From a virus (Duplodnaviria > Caudoviricetes), in the IMG/VR virus record IMGVR_UViG_3300034407_002423, positions 1 to 24,302 of that record: a stretch of DNA of 24,302 nt; one strand, 5' to 3'. The position numbers and the translations under genes are program-made. Positions 6,200 to 13,730 of the stretch are shown here, piece after piece. Below the pieces are notes generated by a model. The model saw only the letters and a list, made by a program, of their open reading frames with translations. It searched no databases and was not told the DNA's origin. Within the stretch, counting starts at the first letter, position 1. The number at the start of each line of letters is the position of its first letter.

Positions 6200-7807
6200 A
6201 TGAAATCAATTGTAGATCACGTTATACATCGAACAGAACAGCTAGCTAGTTTTCGAAGCCCTTGGGAAAACTTATGGCAGGATTGTACTGACTACGTAAA
6301 CCCAAGAAGAGGCGATTTTGCTACTCAACAGTTTAGAGGATCAAGAAATAGGTTTGACAAAGTTTTTGATTCAACTGCTCCTTTAGCAAATGAGCATTTA
6401 GCCGCTGGACTTCATGGGCATTTAACCAACACTACTGAGCGCTGGTTTAATCTTCGCATTCCTGGAATCGAACCTAATCAAGCGGTACGAACTTATTTAC
6501 AGGCCGTAATCGATCTTATGTTTGATGAGGCTTTTAACGCGTCGTCTACTAGTTTTACTACGGCTATTCACGAGTTGTACTTGGACCTCGGATCTTATGG
6601 TACTGGAGTTTTTTACATAGAAGACCGACCAGGAAAACCTATACAGTTTAGAACTTTTCACCTTGCCGACTGCTACATTTCAGAAAGTGCTGATGGGGTC
6701 ATTGACGTAGTTTACAGAAAGTATAAGCTACAAGGGCGTCAATTGATGCAGTTGTATAGGGACTCATTACCAGATAAACTTGTAGATCAAATAACTAAAA
6801 AGCCTTTAGATGAGTTTACTGTTATTCACGCAGTAGAACCTAACGACTTGTACGTCAAGGGAAGTAAAAAATCTAAAGACTTTCCAATAAAGTCTTGTTA
6901 TGTTTTGTTAGAAGAGCATATTCTACTAGAAGAAGGCGGCTTTATGGAGTTTCCTTACATGGTGCCTCGTTGGTCAAAGACCTCGGGTGAGGTGTACGGC
7001 CGTTCTCCTGCTATGATGTGTTTGCCTGATGTCAAGATGGTTAATGAGATGATGAAAACTACCATTAGGGCCGCACAAAAAGCCACTGATCCTCCATTAA
7101 TGGTGCCTGATGATGGATTTATGCTTCCATTAAGAACTGTGCCAGGAGGGTTAAACTATTATCGGTCTGGTACAAATGATCGTATAGAACCTTTAATGTC
7201 TGGGTCTAGGCCTGACATTGGTCTTGAATTTATTGATAATCGACGAGAACATATTAAAAGAACGTTTCACGTAGATTGGCTACAGCTGCAAGAAGGTCCA
7301 CAAATGACCGCAACTGAAGTATTACAGCGTCAAGAGGAAAAAATGAGGCTTATGGGTCCTATGGTTGGACGACTTCAGACTGAGTTTCTGGGACCTCTAA
7401 TAGATCGCGTATTTAACATATTTGCAAGAAGAAATTTATTACCTCAACCACCCTCTGAGCTAGAAGGTACCGCGTTAGCAATAGATTACGTTTCTCCTGT
7501 GGCTAGAGCACAAAAAGCTCAAACTATATTTAACTTTAGCCGGCTATTAGAACAAATGATGCCGTTAGCAAATATTAAGCCTGAAATGTTTGATAACATA
7601 GATGCAGATTCTACAATTAGATGGGCACACGCGACACTAGACGCCCCAATAGAAACTTTAATTCCTCCAGATGATGTTGAGGAAATGCGTCAGCAAAGGG
7701 CGCAACAGCAACAGGAAATGATGGAAGCTCAGCAGCAACAACAGAACGCCGCTGCAGCAAAAGACTTTGCTCAAGCTGAAGGAGCGGCACGTGCCCAGGG
7801 GGCGTAA
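6200..7807 (+). CDS. Portal (head-to-tail connector), T7 gp8/BPP-1 type
   Basis: 535 aa; FDSTA, FPYMVPRW..SGEVYGRSPA, MTATEV..RQEEK..LMGP, Q-rich C-terminal helix. Confidence 0.96.
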   Translation: MKSIVDHVIHRTEQLASFRSPWENLWQDCTDYVNPRRGDFATQQFRGSRNRFDKVFDSTAPLANEHLAAGLHGHLTNTTERWFNLRIPGIEPNQAVRTYLQAVIDLMFDEAFNASSTSFTTAIHELYLDLGSYGTGVFYIEDRPGKPIQFRTFHLADCYISESADGVIDVVYRKYKLQGRQLMQLYRDSLPDKLVDQITKKPLDEFTVIHAVEPNDLYVKGSKKSKDFPIKSCYVLLEEHILLEEGGFMEFPYMVPRWSKTSGEVYGRSPAMMCLPDVKMVNEMMKTTIRAAQKATDPPLMVPDDGFMLPLRTVPGGLNYYRSGTNDRIEPLMSGSRPDIGLEFIDNRREHIKRTFHVDWLQLQEGPQMTATEVLQRQEEKMRLMGPMVGRLQTEFLGPLIDRVFNIFARRNLLPQPPSELEGTALAIDYVSPVARAQKAQTIFNFSRLLEQMMPLANIKPEMFDNIDADSTIRWAHATLDAPIETLIPPDDVEEMRQQRAQQQQEMMEAQQQQQNAAAAKDFAQAEGAARAQGA

Positions 7808-8051
7808 ACCAAAAACCACTGATTTACACGATTCTTATCGAGCCGTATTTGGTACTAAAGACGGTGAGCGTGTTTTAGAGCATCTTTGTCACGTAGCTTA
7901 TATAAATACACCAAGCTACGTAAATGGAGATTCACATGAGACTGCACATCGAGAAGGTATGCGTCGAATTGTGTTAAGTATCTTGCGGTTTCTAGAAAAA
8001 GATCCGCGAGAAATTCAATCATATAATCAGGAGATAAATGAAGATGGATGA
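7791..8051 (+). CDS. Small conserved protein between portal and scaffold (Bbp19-like)
   Basis: Start moved to GTG 7791 (AAGGAG RBS); YRAVFGTKDGERVLEHL...ETAHREGMRRIVLSI pattern. Confidence 0.78.
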   Translation: MPRGRKPKTTDLHDSYRAVFGTKDGERVLEHLCHVAYINTPSYVNGDSHETAHREGMRRIVLSILRFLEKDPREIQSYNQEINEDG

Positions 8052-8895
8052 AGGTAATAGCGGGTCCGTACTAGGAACGGGTAGCTCTGAAGCACCAGCC
8101 CCCGAAGTTGTGTCAGACTGGAGGTCTGGTTTACCGGAAGATGTCGCAGGCGATCCAAGCCTTGCTGATATTAAGGATGTGTCTAGCTTAGCAAAGTCGT
8201 ATGTTCATGCACAACGTATGGTCGGGCGAGACAAAGTTTCTATTCCTCAAGACGGAGCTAGCGAGGACGAATGGAACTCTTTTTATGATCGTTTAGGGCG
8301 CCCTGAAAAGTATCAGATCAGTAAAGAAGCCGTTTCGTTCCCAGAAAATTTCCCTATTGACGAAAACATTCAAAATCTAGAAGAAGGCTTATTAAGCTTA
8401 TATCATAACGCTGGACTTACTAATGACCAAGCAAACAAAGTGCATACTGGGTTGTTAAAGCAACTTGTCAACGATTTTGAAGAAGCTCAGTCAGTTACAG
8501 AAACTAGGTCGTTAGAATGGAAAAAGCAGCTTGAAAAAGATTTAGGCAAAGCTTACGATCAGCAAGTAGATTTTGCTCAGAGAGCTGCTAGACAATTTGG
8601 TGGAGACGAAGTTATAAACTTCCTTGAAGAATCAGGCTTAGGAGATAATCCGTTACTAGTAAAGATGTTTGCTAAGATTGGCTCTCAGATGTCTGAGTCT
8701 ACAGTAACTGATGGAGCCGGTGCAAGCAACTTCGCATTAACTCCTAACGCGGCTAGACAAGAAATAGCACGCTTACAGCGCGATCCTGTGTTTATGAAGC
8801 AATATGCCGCTACTGATACGGATGGACATAAAGAAGCAGTAGAAAAGATGCAAAATTTATTTGATTACGCATATCCAGATGAGGAGGCAGCATAA
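8038..8895 (+). CDS. Capsid scaffolding/assembly protein
   Basis: Acidic helical protein between portal and capsid; DWRSGLPED, LAKSY, FYDRLGRPE, GLGDNP..VKMFAKIG motifs. Start is 8038 or 8044. Confidence 0.88.
   Translation: MKMDEGNSGSVLGTGSSEAPAPEVVSDWRSGLPEDVAGDPSLADIKDVSSLAKSYVHAQRMVGRDKVSIPQDGASEDEWNSFYDRLGRPEKYQISKEAVSFPENFPIDENIQNLEEGLLSLYHNAGLTNDQANKVHTGLLKQLVNDFEEAQSVTETRSLEWKKQLEKDLGKAYDQQVDFAQRAARQFGGDEVINFLEESGLGDNPLLVKMFAKIGSQMSESTVTDGAGASNFALTPNAARQEIARLQRDPVFMKQYAATDTDGHKEAVEKMQNLFDYAYPDEEAA
8062..8087 (+). promoter_or_regulatory. UAG-bulged RNA hairpin in the first codons of the scaffold gene
   Basis: GGG-UCCGU-[ACUAGGA]-ACGGG-UAG-CUC; same core as two hairpins in the capsid leader. 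Confidence 0.55.
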
Positions 8896-9044
8896 TGGCT
8901 AAAAGAGGTTTATACGCTAACATCCACGCAAAGAAAAAGCGAATCGCAGCAGGTTCAGGGGAAAAGATGAGAAAACCCGGAACAAAAGGAGCTCCAACAA
9001 GATCCGATTTTAAAAGATCTGCAACTACGGCTAAAAAGAAGTGA
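8895..9044 (+). CDS. 49-aa highly basic protein (not in ORF track)
   Basis: MAKRGLYANIHAKKKRIAAGSGEKMRKPGTKGAPTRSDFKRSATTAKKK; GAGGAGG RBS, TAATG coupling to the scaffold stop; 16 K/R versus 2 D/E. Resembles a small protein recurrent in aquatic phages. Confidence 0.88.
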   Translation: MAKRGLYANIHAKKKRIAAGSGEKMRKPGTKGAPTRSDFKRSATTAKKK

Positions 9045-9050
9045 TAAGTG

Positions 9051-9079
9051 TGTTTATATCGCATTTTTTGCGTTACTAT
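9051..9079 (+). promoter_or_regulatory. Candidate capsid promoter TGTTTA-N17-TACTAT
   Basis: Degenerate match to the GTGTACA-N17-TAGTAT promoters; the predicted start would lie just before the structured leader. Confidence 0.45.
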
Positions 9080-9087
9080 CAGTTTTA

Positions 9088-9170
9088 ATTGGGTAGCGGG
9101 AAACCGTCCGAGTCGCATGTGCCCCATAGACTATAAAGGGGAAGCTAGGTCCGAAAGGGTAGCCAAAGCG
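9088..9170 (+). promoter_or_regulatory. Structured 5' leader of the major capsid gene (three hairpins)
   Basis: GGG-UAG-CGG-GAAA-CCG-UCC (9091-9109); CCCC...GGGG stem (9122-9141); GG-UCC-GAAA-GGG-UAG-CC (9148-9164); two GNRA tetraloops; AAGGAGG RBS downstream. Confidence 0.7.
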
Positions 9171-9203
9171 CAATTTTTCATAACTTTAGAAGGAGGTTAG
9201 CAC

Positions 9204-10088
9204 ATGTCAGTGCAAATCACGACCGCATTTGTACAACAGTACAAGGCTAATGTCGAGCACCTCGTTCAGCAGAAAGGTTCGCGTTTGCGTCCATTCGTAC
9301 GAGTTGAGTCTCAGGCAGCTGAGTTTGACTTTTACGACAGGATCGGATCGACTTCTGCTCTCGAGGTCACGGGGCGACATCAAGATACCCCACTAGTAAA
9401 TGTACCACACGATCGTAGACGAGTTTCACTACGAGATTTTGACTGGGCAGATCTTATCGATCGAACAGACAGAATCAGACTTCTTATTGATCCAACTTCA
9501 CCTTATGCTCAAAGTGCAGCTTTTGCTCTTGGACGTAAGATGGACCAGATTATTATTGAGTCTGCGTTTGGTTCAGCTGTTTCAGGTAAAACTGGAGGTT
9601 CTACCGTTGCTTTCCCTTCGTCACAGCAAATTGCTGTAAACTACGTGGAAAGTGGAGGGGCTACAAACTCCGGTCTTACTATCGCAAAACTTCGCAAAGC
9701 AAAAGAAATTCTTGACGCAAAGGAAGTTGACCCATCAGATTCTCGTATCATCGTTGTTACTGCTAAACAAGTCACAGACTTGCTACAGAGCACCGAAGTT
9801 ACAAGCTCTGACTTCAACTCAGTTAAGGCTTTAGTTGCTGGTGAAGTTAATACTTTCATGGGATTTGAATTCGTACGAACAGAACTTCTGAATACGGACG
9901 CTAGCTCTCACAGACGAGTTATTGCTTACGCTAAGTCTGGCCTATTGTGTGCAATGGGGCAAGACATTAACGTAGACATTGGTCCTCGACGTGACAAGCG
10001 TAACTCGACTCAGGTGTACTGCTCTGCTTCTTTCGGGGCAACTCGAATGGAAGAAGAGAAAGTCGTCGAAATCAAGTGCGCAGAATAG
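9204..10088 (+). CDS. Major capsid protein
   Basis: 294 aa; FVQQY..NV..L.QQKGSRLR, ALGRKMD..II, KALV.GEV.TFMGFEF, GATR.EE.KVVEI.C motifs; strong RBS; follows the scaffold. Confidence 0.95.
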   Translation: MSVQITTAFVQQYKANVEHLVQQKGSRLRPFVRVESQAAEFDFYDRIGSTSALEVTGRHQDTPLVNVPHDRRRVSLRDFDWADLIDRTDRIRLLIDPTSPYAQSAAFALGRKMDQIIIESAFGSAVSGKTGGSTVAFPSSQQIAVNYVESGGATNSGLTIAKLRKAKEILDAKEVDPSDSRIIVVTAKQVTDLLQSTEVTSSDFNSVKALVAGEVNTFMGFEFVRTELLNTDASSHRRVIAYAKSGLLCAMGQDINVDIGPRRDKRNSTQVYCSASFGATRMEEEKVVEIKCAE

Positions 10089-10097
10089 GAGGATTAA

Positions 10098-10553
10098 ATG
10101 GCTACTACTAACTCAACACAGTACGGTAATACCGTTGCAGTTCCTCCCGTAATGAACGCCGTCAATGCAGAGCATGGGCGGGTGCGCGTTGCTGCTTTTG
10201 ATTACACTCAAGCAGTTCAAGGCTCAGCAGCGGATGACGTTAACCTCGTCAAACTACCTGCAGGGTCTATTCGCGTTCTTAGCGTTTATGTCGCTTTTTC
10301 CGCTTTTGGTTCGTCTCGTACGTTAGACCTTGGATATGGCGCTATTGTAGAGCTATCTGATGGTACTACTACGGCAGCAGATCCTGATGGTATTAGTGCT
10401 AATACTGATATTTCAGGAGCGGGTGCAGTGACTTCAACCGCAAACAAAACAATTTCATCAACTGAAGGTGTTATTGTTTCGGCGCAAGTCAATGACGGGA
10501 CTCTTCCGGCAGCAGCAACATTAAACGGCTACGTTTTATACGTGGTGGATTAA
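10098..10553 (+). CDS. Capsid decoration/cement protein (putative)
   Basis: 151 aa, beta-rich and small-residue-rich, ending YVVD; AGGAGG RBS; lies between the capsid gene and the terminator. Confidence 0.7.
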   Translation: MATTNSTQYGNTVAVPPVMNAVNAEHGRVRVAAFDYTQAVQGSAADDVNLVKLPAGSIRVLSVYVAFSAFGSSRTLDLGYGAIVELSDGTTTAADPDGISANTDISGAGAVTSTANKTISSTEGVIVSAQVNDGTLPAAATLNGYVLYVVD

Positions 10554-10560
10554 GAAAGAC

Positions 10561-10591
10561 GGAACCTCACCGGAAGGTGGGGTTCCTTTTT
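10561..10591 (+). terminator. Rho-independent terminator after the capsid genes (T7 Tphi-equivalent position)
   Basis: GGAACCTCACC-GGAA-GGTGGGGTTCC-TTTTT. Confidence 0.92.
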
Positions 10592-10602
10592 CGAGGTAAA
10601 TT

Positions 10603-11208
10603 ATGGCGACATCTAATATTGAACTTGTAAACAGAGCCCTAGCCTTACTTGGTATAGATTCTGTTACATCTCTTTCTGATAATACAAAAGTAGCATCTAC
10701 TGCAAACATATTGTATGATGATACGCGCGCCGCAGTTTTTAGAAATCATCCTTGGAACTGTTTAATAAAAAGAGCAAGTCTTCCAAAAGATGTAACACCT
10801 CCAGCTTACGGGTATACAAGTAGGTTTGTTATTCCCTCAGATTACTTAAGGTTGTTATCAATCGAAGATACTGGTACACTTTCTACCTCATATCAAATCG
10901 AAAACGGCTTTATTCTTTCCGATAACGACACAATGAACATACGTTATGTTTCGTTAGAAACAGACGTTACAAAGTACGACACTTTATTAGTTGACGCCTT
11001 GTGCGCTCGACTAGCAGCTGACTTAGCTCAGCCTTTATTGCAAAGCACTTCAGCTATGCAAGAAATGTTTAATATGTACGAGCTTAAACTAAAAGAAGCT
11101 AGATTTGTCGATGCTCAGGAAAATGCACAAGACATTCTTGAAACCGATTACTGGCTAGATTCTAGAGTAGGTACACCAGATAATAATATTAGTACCCCAC
11201 CGAGGTAG
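10603..11208 (+). CDS. Tail adaptor (tail tubular protein A, T7 gp11-like)
   Basis: NRAL.LLG...SL, HPWNC..KR..L, P.DYLRL, AL.ARLA..LA.PL motifs; size and synteny. Confidence 0.88.
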   Translation: MATSNIELVNRALALLGIDSVTSLSDNTKVASTANILYDDTRAAVFRNHPWNCLIKRASLPKDVTPPAYGYTSRFVIPSDYLRLLSIEDTGTLSTSYQIENGFILSDNDTMNIRYVSLETDVTKYDTLLVDALCARLAADLAQPLLQSTSAMQEMFNMYELKLKEARFVDAQENAQDILETDYWLDSRVGTPDNNISTPPR

Positions 11209-11210
11209 TA

Positions 11211-13247
11211 ATGCCTAAACTTACGCCGATACAAACAAACTTCACGGGCGGAGAAATAAGTCCAAAGCTTTACGGACGAGTAGACTTAGATAAGTACGTA
11301 AGTAGCGTTAAAAGGTCTGAAAACTTTGTATTTTTCCCTCACGGTGGAATCACAAAAAGATCAGGAACAAAGTACATTGCTACTGTAAAAAATTCTGCTC
11401 ATAATACGCGATTAATACCTTTTGTATTTAGTACTATCCAGGCCTATATCGTGGAGTTTGGAGATCAATACGTTCGGTTTTTTAAAGACGAAGGACAGGT
11501 TGTTAATGGTGGAAGTGCGTATGAAATAGCAACCCCGTACTCTCATGGCGAGGTCTTTGATATACAGTTTACTCAGTCAGCTGACGTTTTATATTTATTT
11601 CACCCAAATTATCAACCAAGAAAATTAAGTCGAACTTCGCATACATCTTGGACGTTAACTGCCTTAAATAATATTGACGGGCCGTATGGAAATTTAAATA
11701 CCACGACAACAACCTTAACTGCAGGCGCCAAAACTGGAAATACTTCGATTACTGCAAGTGCCATAACAGGTATAAATAATGGTCAAGGATTTTTAACTAC
11801 AGACGTTGGTAGGTGCATTCGTTTACAACACGGTACAAAGTGGGGCTCAGCAAAGATTACATCTAGAACCAGTACAACTGTAGTTAACGTTACTGTGGAA
11901 ACAGACTTTCCCTTTGATCAGACAACGGGAACCAGCGAGTGGCGATTAGGGGCTTGGAGTGACACAACTGGATGGCCGACTACAGGAGGCTTTTTCGAAG
12001 AAAGATTTTTTGCTGCAAATACGGCAACACAGCCTAACACTGTTTTTAGCTCAGTATCAGGGGACTTTGAAACATTTAGTCCGACTAATACAAACAGTGA
12101 AGTACTCGACGACTCAGCCTTAACTTTTACTTTAGCAAGTGATCAAGTTAATGCCATACGCTGGTTGTACGGTTCTAAAAATTTAGAACTTGGTACATCT
12201 GACGGACCGTTTTTAATGTCCTCTGGCCGAGATGACCTAGCGCTTACTCCGACAAACGTTAAAGTAGTACGAGAAACAACAGATGGCTGTTCTACCGCAA
12301 AGCCCGTAGGCGCTTCTAAAGCGACTGTATTTATTGATAGAAGCCGGCTTAAATTAAGAGAACTAGCTTATAGCATCGAACAAGATGGCTTTACTACTCC
12401 AGATTTAACAATTATTGCAGAGCATATATTAGCAGGCTTTGTAGAAGAGCTATCTTTTACAAGAACCCCTGATAGGTTGATGTGGGCTAGACTAGCAGAC
12501 GGCGGATTAAGATGTCTTACTTACGAAAGAGAACAAGATGTTATCGCGTGGGGACGGCACGTTATTGCCGGTACAAACGCTAAAGTAAAAAGTATCGCTG
12601 CAATTCCAAGTCCTGACGAGTCTGAAGATCAGTTATACATGGTTGTTGAGCGTACCATAAACGGTGCAACTGTAAAATACGTAGAATTTTTAGAGCGGTT
12701 ATTTAGTCAAGACCGAGGTGACACCTTAAATGATTCTTATTTCGTTGATTCCGGATTAGGTTATTCTGGCTCTGCCATAACAACAGTGACGGGCCTAGGA
12801 CATCTTGAAGGAGAAACAGTTGCCTGTATTGTAAATGGCACAACACATCCTAATAAAACTGTGTCTTCTGGACAAATAACTTTAGACAGAGCTGCAACGA
12901 CTTTGCAAGTAGGATTACCCTATGTGGCTAAAATTACTACTTTAGATCCAGAAGTACAGACTGAAGAAGGTACGTCTCAGGGTAAAATGCGTCGAGTTGA
13001 GCGCCTCACTTTTAGGCTTGTTGATACTTTTGGTCTTAAAGTTGGTACGTCTGAAACAAATTTAGAAAACGTGTTATTTAGAACGCCTGCAATGCCTATG
13101 GGACAAGTTGATTTATTTACCGGGGATAAACGTATACTATTAAGTAATTCCCCTGATAGAGAACTTGAATTACACGTACAGCATGATTTGGCTATGCCTT
13201 GTACTATTTTAGCTATCATGTATTCACTGGTTGTATCGGAGAGATAA
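11211..13247 (+). CDS. Tail nozzle (tail tubular protein B, T7 gp12-like)
   Basis: QTNFTGGEISP.LYGRVD, GG..KRSGT, RLIPF.FS, QSADVL, W.RH, GLGHLEGETV motifs; 678 aa. Confidence 0.92.
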   Translation: MPKLTPIQTNFTGGEISPKLYGRVDLDKYVSSVKRSENFVFFPHGGITKRSGTKYIATVKNSAHNTRLIPFVFSTIQAYIVEFGDQYVRFFKDEGQVVNGGSAYEIATPYSHGEVFDIQFTQSADVLYLFHPNYQPRKLSRTSHTSWTLTALNNIDGPYGNLNTTTTTLTAGAKTGNTSITASAITGINNGQGFLTTDVGRCIRLQHGTKWGSAKITSRTSTTVVNVTVETDFPFDQTTGTSEWRLGAWSDTTGWPTTGGFFEERFFAANTATQPNTVFSSVSGDFETFSPTNTNSEVLDDSALTFTLASDQVNAIRWLYGSKNLELGTSDGPFLMSSGRDDLALTPTNVKVVRETTDGCSTAKPVGASKATVFIDRSRLKLRELAYSIEQDGFTTPDLTIIAEHILAGFVEELSFTRTPDRLMWARLADGGLRCLTYEREQDVIAWGRHVIAGTNAKVKSIAAIPSPDESEDQLYMVVERTINGATVKYVEFLERLFSQDRGDTLNDSYFVDSGLGYSGSAITTVTGLGHLEGETVACIVNGTTHPNKTVSSGQITLDRAATTLQVGLPYVAKITTLDPEVQTEEGTSQGKMRRVERLTFRLVDTFGLKVGTSETNLENVLFRTPAMPMGQVDLFTGDKRILLSNSPDRELELHVQHDLAMPCTILAIMYSLVVSER

Positions 13248-13250
13248 AGT

Positions 13251-13730
13251 ATGGCAGCAGAACTTATGTTGTTTGCGCAAATTGCCGGAGCAGCTTATTC
13301 CGGCTACGCGCAATACCAAGCGGCAAAAGCTCAAGCAAAGGTTATGGAGTACAACGCCCTTGTATACGAGCAAAATGCCGCAATAGCAAAACAACAAGCC
13401 CAATACGAAGCCGAAAGACAAGCGGCTGGAATGAGGCGTTTAGCCGGAAAACAAAGAGTGGCGTATTTAGCCAGCGGGGTCCAAGCTAGCGGAGGTACCG
13501 CTCTAGATTTAATGATGGACACTACTCAGCAGGGAGAACTTGACAGACTAGCTATCTTATACGCAGGTGACATTGAAGCGGTAAATTATAAATCTCAGGC
13601 TGCAGGTGCGCGACTAGAAGCAAAAGCAACAAAGGTTGCTGGTAAGTATAGAGCTTACGCCACTGTTATAAGTGGCGCCTCCGACGCCGGCAGTACGTAC
13701 AAAATAAACAATGCAGGAGGAACGGGTTAA
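13251..13730 (+). CDS. Small internal virion/ejection protein (gp14-like)
   Basis: Ala/Gln-rich helical; GKQRVAYLASGV...GTALDL pattern; first gene after the nozzle. Confidence 0.75.
   Translation: MAAELMLFAQIAGAAYSGYAQYQAAKAQAKVMEYNALVYEQNAAIAKQQAQYEAERQAAGMRRLAGKQRVAYLASGVQASGGTALDLMMDTTQQGELDRLAILYAGDIEAVNYKSQAAGARLEAKATKVAGKYRAYATVISGASDAGSTYKINNAGGTG

Noticed and set aside
7690-7760. CAG/CAA-rich run
   Set aside because: Encodes the ordinary Gln-rich C-terminal helix of the portal.
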